Virus record (IMG/VR): IMGVR_UViG_3300032087_003094
Location: 10,481-74,480 of that record
DNA: 64,000 nucleotides
Strand: one strand, 5' to 3'
Origin: a virus
The notes under the pieces were generated by a model, which saw only the letters and a list, made by a program, of their open reading frames with translations, did no database searches and had not been told where the DNA came from. The translations under genes and the position numbers were made by a program. The first letter of the stretch is position 1, and each line of letters opens with the position of its first letter. Below are positions 18,181 through 27,851 of the stretch, piece by piece.

Positions 18181-19295
18181 TGAATCGTTTTTCGGTCAAT
18201 CCTTTAGGTGGGTTTAATCCAGTTCAAGCTGTTACGAATATCAAACAGCAGAACCGCGAAGAAGATGCACAAAAAGCTCAACTTCAAGCAGATAGGGATA
18301 AGAGGTTGGCATTCGCCAATGCCGCTAGTGGCGACCCTCAAGCTATGATCAAGCTTGCAGAGGCTGACCCTAATCTATTTCAATGGATGGATCAGAGAAA
18401 CGCTAAAAGAGCTGCCACAGAGGGTGCTGCAAGAGCGCAAATAAAACAGCAAGCAGAACAGCAATGGCTGATTAGATATGATCAAGCTTTAGAATCTGAA
18501 GACGAGCAAGCAAAGCAAGCTTTAATGCAAGAAGCGATCGACGACCCTAATAATGATTTAGAGCATGGCGCAATTGGCAAAGACCCAATGGCAGATAGAG
18601 CTATTACCAAGGCCATCTTGTTTAATTCGATGGGTAAAGATGCCTATAATCAGTTTTATGGACAGGATAGAGGGCTTGAGAAAGGTGTTTTTTCAATAAC
18701 TCAAACGCCAACTGGCTTTTTAAGATTAAACAATAAGACAGGTCAAGTTACTGAAATATCAAGCTCATCAAAAGAGGCAGCTGAAGCAAGAAAGGCTGAG
18801 AAAGAAAGAATTGAGCAGGAGCTTAAGCAGTCTAATACAACTTTTGATAGATCTAAAAAAATAAGAGATAGGTACGATAAGCAGAGTGGTGACTTTGTTA
18901 AGGTTAGGGATGCTTTTGGTCGTATTGAGGCTTCCTCTAGCGATCCAGATCCAGCAGGAGACCTATCCTTAATATTTAATTACATGAAAATGCTAGACCC
19001 AGGCTCAACCGTAAGAGAGGGCGAGTTTGCAACCGCCGAAGGAGCTGCCTCAGTTCCCGAAAGGTTTAAGGGGGCTTACAATAAAGTTATAAGTGGCGAA
19101 AAGCTGACAGAAAAGCAAAGAAACGGCTTTGTTAATCGAGCCAAGATGCTTATGAAAAAAGCAAACTCTCAACAGTCTAAAGATAAAGCAGAAGCTATCA
19201 GGCTTGGAAAGCAGTTTGGTATCACAGAGAATGATATTTTTGGTGTTCAGCCTGAAGAGCCAGCAGCAAACGCAGTCAACTGGAGCGACCTGTAA
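18180..19295 (+). CDS. DNA ejection protein, gp20 position
   Basis: Helical and Ala/Gln rich; GDLSLIFNYMKMLDPGSTVREGEF conserved motif. Confidence 0.65.
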   Translation: MNRFSVNPLGGFNPVQAVTNIKQQNREEDAQKAQLQADRDKRLAFANAASGDPQAMIKLAEADPNLFQWMDQRNAKRAATEGAARAQIKQQAEQQWLIRYDQALESEDEQAKQALMQEAIDDPNNDLEHGAIGKDPMADRAITKAILFNSMGKDAYNQFYGQDRGLEKGVFSITQTPTGFLRLNNKTGQVTEISSSSKEAAEARKAEKERIEQELKQSNTTFDRSKKIRDRYDKQSGDFVKVRDAFGRIEASSSDPDPAGDLSLIFNYMKMLDPGSTVREGEFATAEGAASVPERFKGAYNKVISGEKLTEKQRNGFVNRAKMLMKKANSQQSKDKAEAIRLGKQFGITENDIFGVQPEEPAANAVNWSDL

Positions 19296-21265
19296 TGGAT
19301 GTCACACTTCCTAACGGAAAAGTCATAAAAGGCGTTCCTGACGGCACCCCTAAAGAGGTTGTTATGCAGAAGGCTATAGATTCTGGGCTTGCTGTGGCTT
19401 CAGATTTTCCAGTTGAGCAACCTCGGGCGCAAATTCAACCTGAAGAGGATGTCGGATTTATTGATAAGTTATCGACCATTGTGTCTGGTTCTGATAGAAC
19501 AACTCCTGAAATAGAAGCTCTCCCAACCATCGGCAACGCTCCAGAGTTTAGCGAAATGTCTAGCGACGCATTTAAGGCTAATTTAGGAACCTTTACAACT
19601 GGCGACTTGTCCGAGCAGGCGAAAATAATTAAACAGCAATATGGCGATAGGGTTAATTTCAGGCGGGATGAGAAAGGGAATTACATAGCGGACTTTCCAT
19701 CGGGTTCTTATGCTTTAAATAAGCCAGGCCTATCTCTCCAGGACATTCCAAAATTTATGGGTGATATTTTAGCTTTCAGTCCAGCAGGGAGAGCCACAAC
19801 AATACCTTCCGCGATAGGTAGGAGTGCCACTGGTGAGGCGTTGCTAGAGGGCGGAGATGTGGCTTTAGGTGGAGACTTTGACGCTGGAGAGGTAGCAACT
19901 TCCGCCGCTCTTGGGGGCGTATTCAAGGGTGCTGAGGATTTGCTTGGCGCTGCGTGGAGAGCTTTGAGAGGGAAATCCCCAGATGAGGCTGCTGCTCTAC
20001 TAAAATCAGCAGAGGATTCCGGCATACCAATTATGACTAGCGATGTCATGCCGCCTCAAACATTCCCTGGTAAGGTGGCCCAGCAAACGGGTGAGAAGAT
20101 ACCATTGGCTGGAACTGCTGGAGCAAGAGAGGGTCAACAAGAGTTTCGAGTACAGGCAGTTGATGAGATCGCTCAAAAGTATAATTCGTTTAGCTATAAA
20201 TCTATAATTGATAGTCTGAAAAGTAAAAAAGATAGAGTTAAGCTTGCGGCCGGCAATGTATTAGAATCCGCCGGAAACAAGCTGGATGATGCGGGAGTAA
20301 TACCAACCGATAATACAACTAAAAGAATAAATAGCGTTAAGGAAGAGCTTTCTAAGCCTGGAGTAATGACTCAATCTAGCGCTTTGGATGATTTGGCCGA
20401 AATTTCTAATGCGGTAGGGTCGGCGCCTCAAACCTATTCAACATTAAAGGAAAATAGGACAGCCTTTAGAGAAGTTGTTGATGGTCTAGATCCAACAGCT
20501 AGGAGTCAACTTTCAACTAGGGCGAAATCTCTTTTAAAAAGTGTCGAGCATGCCATGACTGCTGACATGAAGGCTTTTGCTAAAAACAATCTTACGCCAC
20601 AAGAATTCATGAAGCTTAATAAGGCTAATGCAGTTTACGCAGAAGAGGCTAAAAAACTAACAAAAACCAAACTTAAAAACATTTTAGATAAGGGTGATTT
20701 CACTCCTGAAAACGTTAAACAATTATTATTTAGCAAGAACCAGTCAGATATGAAGCTGCTTTATGATGGATTAACTCAAACAGGTAGAGCTAATAGTCGA
20801 GCGGCCATTATTAATAAAATTGTGTCCGATTTATCTTCTAGGCAAAGCGGGTTGACGCCAAATTCTTTTGCATCCCAGCTTAAGAAATACGACCCTCAAA
20901 TAAAGACCTTTTTCAAAGGCAAGGAAAGAAAGCAATTAGAGGGTTTAAGAAGGGCTTTGGAGGCAACCAGAAGAGCGCAGGATGCAGCAGTGACAACGCC
21001 AACAGGTCAATCTCTTGCTGGAGGGTTAACTGCTTACTCAGCCTTTACAGACTTAGGCGCCACGCTAGGCATAGGAGGCACGGCAGGAGGATTAGCAAGG
21101 CTTTACGAGTCTGCTCCAGTTCGAAATGCTTTACTGAATCTCTCCGGCGCTCCAAAAGGCTCGACGGCATTTGAGCAGGCCTTGCGAGAGGTGAACGAAT
21201 CTTTGCTAGTTGCAGCTCAAGCAATGCGGAGCGAATTACAGGATAGAGAAGAATCCCAAGAATAA
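19295..21265 (+). CDS. DNA transfer/ejection protein, P22 gp16-like
   Basis: 656 aa; LNKPGLSLQD and ARLYESAPVRNALL motifs; synteny. Confidence 0.75.
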   Translation: MDVTLPNGKVIKGVPDGTPKEVVMQKAIDSGLAVASDFPVEQPRAQIQPEEDVGFIDKLSTIVSGSDRTTPEIEALPTIGNAPEFSEMSSDAFKANLGTFTTGDLSEQAKIIKQQYGDRVNFRRDEKGNYIADFPSGSYALNKPGLSLQDIPKFMGDILAFSPAGRATTIPSAIGRSATGEALLEGGDVALGGDFDAGEVATSAALGGVFKGAEDLLGAAWRALRGKSPDEAAALLKSAEDSGIPIMTSDVMPPQTFPGKVAQQTGEKIPLAGTAGAREGQQEFRVQAVDEIAQKYNSFSYKSIIDSLKSKKDRVKLAAGNVLESAGNKLDDAGVIPTDNTTKRINSVKEELSKPGVMTQSSALDDLAEISNAVGSAPQTYSTLKENRTAFREVVDGLDPTARSQLSTRAKSLLKSVEHAMTADMKAFAKNNLTPQEFMKLNKANAVYAEEAKKLTKTKLKNILDKGDFTPENVKQLLFSKNQSDMKLLYDGLTQTGRANSRAAIINKIVSDLSSRQSGLTPNSFASQLKKYDPQIKTFFKGKERKQLEGLRRALEATRRAQDAAVTTPTGQSLAGGLTAYSAFTDLGATLGIGGTAGGLARLYESAPVRNALLNLSGAPKGSTAFEQALREVNESLLVAAQAMRSELQDREESQE

Positions 21266-21278
21266 CAGAAAGAACCAT
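21045..21278 (-). CDS. Antisense small membrane protein overlapping the end of the gp16-like gene
   Basis: Minus-strand TGTTATAAT (21308-21300), AAGGAGG RBS (21289-21283), hydrophobic N-terminus. Confidence 0.5.
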   Translation of the reverse strand: MVLSVILGILLYPVIRSALLELQLAKIRSPLARPAQMPSSLLERRRDSVKHFELEQTRKALLILLPCLLCLAWRLSL

Positions 21279-21340
21279 ATAACCTCCTTAAAAAAGGTTA
21301 TTATAACATATAAGCCATAAACCAATACTAGAGGCGAAAG

Positions 21341-22501
21341 ATGACTGAAATTACTAACCCTTATATCTATATTCCTGATCCAGATAAATCTAGAGCTTTA
21401 TTTAACGCTCAGCTTTACTTTGGCCTACCTGATACCGATCCAACTATAGCCTCCAACCAGAAGCTCGTTAGAGGCATTCAAGAGGATGGCATACCTGTTA
21501 GCTTAGCGCAGCCCGTGCTAACAAATTCAGGCGGCGTTCCTGAGTTAAACGGCAAGCCTTTAAGGTTGGACATTTCTGGCGATTACTCTTTCGCTGCTAG
21601 AGATAGACTTGATGTCCCAAAGTACTATGCACCAAACGTAGAAAACCCAGAAAGCGGAAGCGATGGATTTAGTGGCGTAGTTGTTATTGAAGATCAAGAG
21701 TTATCACTAGGTCAATTAGATGTTACGTTTTCAAATGTTGGAGCAAATGAGTCTGTCTTCTATCTACAAACGAATATAGGTGATCAAGGTTTTTTAGCTA
21801 AAGATATCGATTACACCGTTAAAAACTCAACCACAATCACATTAACAAGCTCAAAAAACGCTGGCGATAAAGTTATTGGAAGGCAGAATGACCCAACCGG
21901 ACAACTAGTTCCAGTTAACGATGATGCTGAATCGCTGTTAGTTTTTTCAGACTTGGCAGACGCTGCTGCAAGCGCGGCAGCAGGTAACTTGGTTGCAGGT
22001 AACACTGTCACTTTAAATGGCAATGCAGTTTCAGGGGATGGTCTTGGAGGTGATAAATATTTAGTCCAAGTTACAGGCCCAGCCAATGACGGAGTGAATT
22101 ATTTAGATTTAAATGGCACGCTTCAACTAGCATTGCAAAACAACTATTATAGATTTCAAAATTACTCTGAAACTATAGCAGTCGCCTCCTCTGCTGCTGG
22201 CGTTCTGAATATAAATCTTAATAGCGGATCTTCACAACAAATCATATTAACAGAAAGCATATCAAGCTTAGCTTTTGTTAATTTTAATCCAGGCGGCGAT
22301 TACTCAAGCACGGTAACGTTAAAAGTTCAACAAGATGGTGTTGGCGGGTGGGGTATAACTTGGCCAGCATCTATAGTATGGGCTGGAGGTATTGCCCCAT
22401 CAGTGACTGCAACGGCTAATGCTATAGACATGTACGGATTTACAACTTATGACGCCGGCGTGAGCTGGTTTGGCTTCTCTCTGGGTGCGGACTTCTCATG
22501 A
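21341..22501 (+). CDS. Tail protein with P22 tailspike head-binding domain (receptor-binding adaptor)
   Basis: ITNPYIYIPDP..LFNAQLYFGLPDTDP..AQPVLTNSGG head-binding motif; C-terminal fibre domain (QDGVGGW.ITWP). Confidence 0.8.
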   Translation: MTEITNPYIYIPDPDKSRALFNAQLYFGLPDTDPTIASNQKLVRGIQEDGIPVSLAQPVLTNSGGVPELNGKPLRLDISGDYSFAARDRLDVPKYYAPNVENPESGSDGFSGVVVIEDQELSLGQLDVTFSNVGANESVFYLQTNIGDQGFLAKDIDYTVKNSTTITLTSSKNAGDKVIGRQNDPTGQLVPVNDDAESLLVFSDLADAAASAAAGNLVAGNTVTLNGNAVSGDGLGGDKYLVQVTGPANDGVNYLDLNGTLQLALQNNYYRFQNYSETIAVASSAAGVLNINLNSGSSQQIILTESISSLAFVNFNPGGDYSSTVTLKVQQDGVGGWGITWPASIVWAGGIAPSVTATANAIDMYGFTTYDAGVSWFGFSLGADFS

Positions 22502-22845
22502 TTGGGGTAGCTAAAAACTTTGCAGCGACAGTTGCATCAACAACATACAGTGCTTTTGTTACCCCCTTTGAGGCTGTTGCTATTGGCCCCCCTGGAAGTT
22601 TAACAACAAACACTGTGACAATTAACGTCTCAGGCGGCGCACCCCCTTATACATATGCTTGGTTAAAGCTGATTGGTGATGATATCACTGTAGCAGATAC
22701 AACTGCTGCGTCTGTAACGTTTTCAGCCTCTGGAGCCAATGGAGACGGCAAGCTTGCTGTCTTCAGATGCACAGTAACAGATAACGCCTTAGACGAAGTC
22801 TTTGTCGATGTTAACGTATCTTTTTCATTTGGAACGCAATTATGA
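22498..22845 (+). CDS. Small Ig-like tail accessory protein
   Basis: SGGAPPYTYAW...FRCTVTD. Confidence 0.65.
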   Translation: MIGVAKNFAATVASTTYSAFVTPFEAVAIGPPGSLTTNTVTINVSGGAPPYTYAWLKLIGDDITVADTTAASVTFSASGANGDGKLAVFRCTVTDNALDEVFVDVNVSFSFGTQL

Positions 22846-24986
22846 TTAAATTTGACACTGCAGTATCTTTCATTAATAACCATCTAAACCCTTCAGGCTA
22901 CAGCGCGGGGCAGATAATCTCGTTTGAAGGCTATACAACCACTGGTGATAAAGGTGCGGCGAGGTGGCGCTCTCTTGGCACTGTTGGGACGGCAAGCGTA
23001 GATCCATTAACAAACAACAGCCCCAACCTATCAGACGCCTCTGGAAATGAGTTTGTGCTGGTTGGTGAGGGCGTTATCGATTTAAATGTGCTTGGCGGAA
23101 CAGGGGTCTCATACCAAAACATTGCTGATGCAGCAGGACTTGTTTACTCTCAAGGGCTTACAAGCAACCCGAACGTCTCAGACAGGTATATTATAGCTGA
23201 CGAGGCCGGAATGGTGGCTAGGGCCAACCCTCAAGTGGATGAGGCTTACATCGTATCAGACAGAGCTGATGGCATATTTGACACTGTAACAGTCGGAACT
23301 ACTGCAAACGTAGACCTACCCAACACTTATAATATTATCGTATCAACGGTTGATGCGACTAAGTGCTTTGTGTTGAGAGTTCAAGATGCTGTTTACGCTA
23401 AGCAGCTGGGTATGTTTGACGGGGTATCAGACGATGCTCCTGCATGGCCTATATTCTTATCTTTATCAACTCAATGCTTTGGCGCTGAGGGCTCAACATC
23501 AATAACATCGGAAGAGATAGTTTTACCCGAAGGGGTGACGTTAGACCTGCTTGGTGGGGCTATTAAGGCAGATCCAGACCTACCAAATACAGGCAATATT
23601 GTTAAATTATCAAATGCCAAGTCGATAATTAAAAACGGGAAGGTTGATGGGAATAAAAGCAATTTAAATAATGCTTTTGCATCGGGAACAACTGGTAATT
23701 GCATATATATAACGACTGGGGCTGACGGTTCAAGGGCTATCGATATAGAGGCGTTTAACGGGCCGACAAATGGGATTGTAGTTGTTGGTAATGCTGTTGA
23801 CGACATACAGATTGTTGGCTTTAACTGCCATGATAATGATTTTACAGGGACAGGTGTGGAACTACTTAACAATGGCGGCGGCGAGCCTTCAAATATACTT
23901 ATTAAAGATGGCATTACAAAGAACAACAACACAGGCGGCGGAATTAGAATTCAGGCTTGTAATGGGTATGTTATCGATAATTGCGTTGCGGTAGACGAGC
24001 AAAAAGAAGGCTTGGTTATAGGTGTTGCTGAGGCGAATGGTGTTTGTGTTGGTAAAATAACAAATTCTACATTCGGCACTGCTAATGCGGCTACTGATGG
24101 AATATCTATTGATGGTATGGTTGGTGGGGGTGGGGCGCAGGCTGGAAAAATAAACACATGCCTTGTTCAGATGGCAAATGTTAGAGCTGAGGGTGCTGGA
24201 GGCGCGACCGGTTTAAGGGTTGAGAATTTTGCTAGGGTAGAAGGGGTTAATGTAACAAGTAATAATTTCACCAACGGCCACAACTACAACTCAAACGCAT
24301 CGGTATCAATTTACAACCCATGTGCATTGAACAGCGGTGGATCTGGTTTTGATATAGACGCCAAAGTGTTTTTGTCAAGACCCAAGGTCGAGATCTGGAG
24401 TTCAACGGGTGATGCGGTGTTATTTAGAGCTAATAGCGGAGGCTCTGCAATATTGAGTGGTAATTTTGGCGCGCAAATAAGAGAGTCAGGATCACATGAC
24501 GGTGCTGGCAACGCATCAACATTATCAGATAGTACTGCCAACTTCATTGCGGATGAACTGGTGGGCTTTTTTGTTAGGAATACCACTGACGGATCACAGG
24601 GTGCAATAACAGCAAACACAGCAACCACGGTAACAGCTACATTGTCAGGCGGGACTGATAATGACTGGGACGCCTCAGATGTTTACGAGATTACTTCTGA
24701 AAACGGTCAGGATGCGTTAGGCGTTGTTGGCACTCCGGCCGATATAAGGTTTGAGGTTCAATCCTTTACGGGTACGAGAAATACCGTAGGCGGTGTTGGT
24801 GGGTCTGTTCTTAATACGTGGGAGGTTGTCGATCTTGGATCTAAAAACATGGTTGAGCTTATAGACGGGATAGCCGCTCCAGCATCTGAAACTGGGCGAG
24901 CAAAAATGTATATAAATTCGTCAAACGGGGATCTACAAATAATATTTGGCGATGGCGTGACTAAAACAATAGTAACCGATATTTAA
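22842..24986 (+). CDS. Tailspike with right-handed beta-helix (pectin-lyase-like) and one inserted ~68-aa domain
   Basis: DDAPAW, IKNGKVDGNKSN and Asn/Gly ladder repeats; end of late module A. Confidence 0.8.
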   Translation: MIKFDTAVSFINNHLNPSGYSAGQIISFEGYTTTGDKGAARWRSLGTVGTASVDPLTNNSPNLSDASGNEFVLVGEGVIDLNVLGGTGVSYQNIADAAGLVYSQGLTSNPNVSDRYIIADEAGMVARANPQVDEAYIVSDRADGIFDTVTVGTTANVDLPNTYNIIVSTVDATKCFVLRVQDAVYAKQLGMFDGVSDDAPAWPIFLSLSTQCFGAEGSTSITSEEIVLPEGVTLDLLGGAIKADPDLPNTGNIVKLSNAKSIIKNGKVDGNKSNLNNAFASGTTGNCIYITTGADGSRAIDIEAFNGPTNGIVVVGNAVDDIQIVGFNCHDNDFTGTGVELLNNGGGEPSNILIKDGITKNNNTGGGIRIQACNGYVIDNCVAVDEQKEGLVIGVAEANGVCVGKITNSTFGTANAATDGISIDGMVGGGGAQAGKINTCLVQMANVRAEGAGGATGLRVENFARVEGVNVTSNNFTNGHNYNSNASVSIYNPCALNSGGSGFDIDAKVFLSRPKVEIWSSTGDAVLFRANSGGSAILSGNFGAQIRESGSHDGAGNASTLSDSTANFIADELVGFFVRNTTDGSQGAITANTATTVTATLSGGTDNDWDASDVYEITSENGQDALGVVGTPADIRFEVQSFTGTRNTVGGVGGSVLNTWEVVDLGSKNMVELIDGIAAPASETGRAKMYINSSNGDLQIIFGDGVTKTIVTDI

Positions 24987-25014
24987 GCCAATAAAGAATA
25001 TTGCTTAAAGCCGC

Positions 25015-25063
25015 AAACCCGCTCGAAATTAAATTTGACAGCGGGCATTATTTTATCTATCCT
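25015..25063 (+). promoter_or_regulatory. Late/early boundary: hairpin overlapping a sigma70 promoter; copy 1 of the 31-bp direct repeat
   Basis: CCCGCT..AGCGGG inverted repeat enclosing TTGACA; TATCCT 17 nt downstream; 25015-25045 identical to 60131-60161. Confidence 0.75.
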
Positions 25064-25092
25064 ATTACTACAGTAATTAATGAGGAGTCAGA

Positions 25093-25272
25093 ATGATAAA
25101 GAAAAGAGGTCCAAAACGATTAACCGAGGATGAGCGCAGAAAGCGATTTCAGATGGTTGTATCGCCAGCTACATCAGAGTGGCTAGAATCTCAACCTGAG
25201 GCCGCTGGAAGGGTTGTAGATAGGTTGGTAGAGAATCATCGAATCAAACAAGACTACGACAGTAAGGGGTAA
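25093..25272 (+). CDS. Small ribbon-helix-helix-like regulator (59 aa, not in ORF track)
   Basis: MIKKRGPKRLTEDERRKRFQMVVSPATSEWLESQ; GAGGAG RBS. Confidence 0.6.
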   Translation: MIKKRGPKRLTEDERRKRFQMVVSPATSEWLESQPEAAGRVVDRLVENHRIKQDYDSKG

Positions 25273-25275
25273 ATT

Positions 25276-25389
25276 ATGAATAACGAGCAAGATAACGCAA
25301 CAGAGGGTCAAGTAAGCCTATTATGGCTAGGATTAATTGCGCTAGGATTTTGGTTAAGCGCATTATTTATAGGGTGGTTAGTGTCATGA
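25276..25389 (+). CDS. Small membrane peptide (37 aa)
   Basis: MNNEQDNATEGQVSLLWLGLIALGFW..; homologue at 60414-60539. Confidence 0.65.
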   Translation: MNNEQDNATEGQVSLLWLGLIALGFWLSALFIGWLVS

Positions 25390-25835
25390 GAACCATTCAA
25401 AGCAGAATACAGCACTGTAAAAACAGAGTTCCGATCGCCGCGCCAAAAGTTGAAGAAAGCGCAAAGCTTCAAGCTGATGTGGACGCGTGGCTAGCGAAGG
25501 GTAACGAGATTTACGACGCTGATAAAAAAGAGGCTAATTTCAGGAATGATATTGAAAAATCTCGAGCCTACAAAAGGCGCACCAAGCCAGTATTAAACCT
25601 ATCCATGTGGCGCTTTAGAGGTGAAGATACCATCCTAACCACTAAAGATATGGTCAGAGTTTTAGAGTGCTCCAGCGATTGGGTTGTGACTGAATACACT
25701 AAGAAACATCTTATTCCAGCGCCCTATAAAATCAGAGATTTAGATGGAAAAGTAAAAATAACCAAGAAAAATCACAACGCCAACTATTGGAAGTTAGGCG
25801 ATTTAATTAAACACAATAAGGAGCTAGAAAAATGA
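25386..25835 (+). CDS. Hypothetical protein with C-terminal AlpA/Xis-like winged HTH (likely start 25386)
   Basis: ILTTKDMVRVLECS..IPAP..NYWKLGDL; near-identical copy at 60536. Confidence 0.6.
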   Translation: MRTIQSRIQHCKNRVPIAAPKVEESAKLQADVDAWLAKGNEIYDADKKEANFRNDIEKSRAYKRRTKPVLNLSMWRFRGEDTILTTKDMVRVLECSSDWVVTEYTKKHLIPAPYKIRDLDGKVKITKKNHNANYWKLGDLIKHNKELEK

Positions 25836-26437
25836 GACAATCAACCGAACTAAGCAACTTAGTCGCTAGGCACCTGCAAGGCCAAGTACCACCTACCGTA
25901 GTCAACGAGTTTAACAAGCTAATTGTAAAAATGCGTAAAGATGAATCAACTATTGCGGATGCTGTGGATAAGTTTGAAGCTATCCACAACCCTCAAGTTG
26001 GAGCAAACAACCTAAACGGTGAAATTCTTAAGGGGAAGCTTTTTGAAATTTAGACTTGAATCGCTCGTGAAGAGCTACAACAAGCCTAAGAAGCGCGATA
26101 TAGAGAAAGACGTAGAAGTTATCGATTTAGAAGAGAAAACGCCGTCAGAGCCAGATTTCGAGCTTGCTGACGCCATGATAGAGTATTCTAGGGAGAAATT
26201 ATGAAAGATGCTATTTTAGTTGTGCTAATTGTCTTTACGGCTGCTCTTAGCTTTATCTTTGGTGCGATATGGGAGCAGAGGCAAAATTTCAAGAAAGGTC
26301 GCCAACCAACATGCCAAAGCGAATTAAAAGACCCATGCCAAGAGATACACGGGTTAAACACTAAAGGCATGCGAGATTACAAGCCTAAGTATGACCGTAA
26401 TTTAAAACAAGTAGTATTAACATGTGAGGTGGAGTGA
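25832..26437 (+). CDS. Three small coupled genes (25832-26053, ~26019-26204, 26201-26437 membrane-anchored QPTCQSE protein)
   Basis: Homologues in the second copy (61200-61781); overlapping start/stop codons. Confidence 0.65.
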
Positions 26438-26665
26438 TGAGAAGCGCGATAATCGGGTTTTGTATAGGCTTATTGGCTACAATGATTGCTTTTCTAGCGG
26501 TTCTCACTTTCAGGTTTCTGTTGATTGTCAATTTTGGCGACCCGCAGCAGCCAACATGCCAAAGCGAATTCAGCCAGCAAATCAACCAGTATCGAGTATG
26601 GCCAGAATATCCCACACAAGGGAAAGCGGCCTAATCGAATAGTCATTGAATGCGAGGATAAGTAG
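26434..26665 (+). pseudogene. Frameshifted membrane-anchored QPTCQSE protein
   Basis: Indel near 26578 relative to intact 61569-61781; KSTSIEYGQNIPHKGKRPNRIVIECEDK continues in another frame to TAG 26665. Confidence 0.65.
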
Positions 26666-27668
26666 ATGAAAATAGAAACGAGAGCAACTTTATATGATTG
26701 GGTAGAGTTTAAGGTTGAATGTGGTAGCACAGTAATTAACGAGGATATTCATCCAGAGCAGGCGGCCGACCTAATTGAGCAGCTTGAAAGCGCTATAGAC
26801 GATCTAAAAGGGCTAGCTAGAGAGGTTGATGTTGAAGAGATATTCGCAGGGACCAGAAAGAAAGTCGAATCTTTAAATATTAGAGGATAACAAACAATGA
26901 GCATAGAAAACCATAAGTGGAGTGATGAAGATTTAAGTCTTTTTGACACCTCTGAATCTGAATATGCAGGGTTATTATTTAGCCTAAGATGCAATTCTAT
27001 CATGAGTTCGTTTAGCGATTTTTACATCAACAAACAAGACGCCATAGCTATAGCCAAACACTTTAACGTAGACAATGAGTCTCTAGTGGAGGGTATAAAG
27101 GAGTTGATTAACTCTGTTGACTGCTCGTCTTGCTGCCCAAACACAGAGGTATTCTCAATTGACGACCTACAAAAACTAATAACTAAGGAGGATATAGAAG
27201 AATGAGTAATGTAATAGAGTTTCCGCAAACTGATGTTGAGTATATATTCAACAGTACTGGCGAAATTGTAGAGTCAATTATCATCGATTTATCAAGACTA
27301 AAAAGCATCGAACTAAGAAGGGATGAGTCAGACGAAGTCAGAGGCCGCATAACTAGACTGTGTATTGCTTGGCTAGCTTTAGAGAATCCAGAGGTATTAA
27401 ATTTTGATGATGAATTAAATGAGGAGGATGGAGAGTGAATGATATAGAGTTTATTATCTTGTGGTTTTTGTCTGGATTTTTGCCATTTTTATTATCAGGG
27501 ATTGTGATGGAATCAAGAAGCCCTAAAATTGATTTTGAGTTGGTGTCGCTTTCGATTTTGTCTGGCGGCTTTGGATTTTTATCGTTTTTTTTATTTTTTC
27601 CAGTATTTATATTTATTTGCTTCCAAAGGGTATTCTTTTTTATTAATGATAGGAGGGCTAGACAATAA
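26666..27668 (+). CDS. Four small hypothetical genes (26666-26890, 26897-27205, 27202-27438, 27435-27668 membrane protein)
   Basis: Good RBSs; 26897 and 27435 have homologues at 61958 and 62441. Confidence 0.7.
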
Positions 27669-27686
27669 CCAAGAATGAGGTATAAT
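27659..27686 (+). promoter_or_regulatory. Sigma70-like promoter of the non-coding cluster
   Basis: TAGACA-16-TATAAT, identical in the second copy (62664-62691). Confidence 0.7.
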
Positions 27687-27692
27687 TAAAAG

Positions 27693-27829
27693 GCTGATTG
27701 AAACCGGCGTCAAGAATCACAAAACGAGAAAGAGACTTTAAGTAAGAATCCAGAAGCCTAGTTGTTAAATCGTTTTGTGTAACTAGAGATGCTTGTTTCA
27801 ACTGGGTTCTTTCTTAAGGTCTTTTTTTT
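27693..27829 (+). ncRNA. P4-CI/P1-C4-like antisense/attenuator RNA, copy 1
   Basis: Long interrupted stem ending in U8; loop TCGTTTTGTG pairs with CACAAAACGA 27718; bulge GTTTCAA pairs with TTGAAAC 27698; compensatory changes in copy 2. Confidence 0.7.
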
Positions 27830-27851
27830 CGCCTCAAGTTTCCTCAGTAAA

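Noticed and set aside
25015-25045. attL/attR of an integrated prophage
   Set aside because: No integrase, no host or tRNA sequence on either side, and the repeat is explained as a promoter/terminator boundary.
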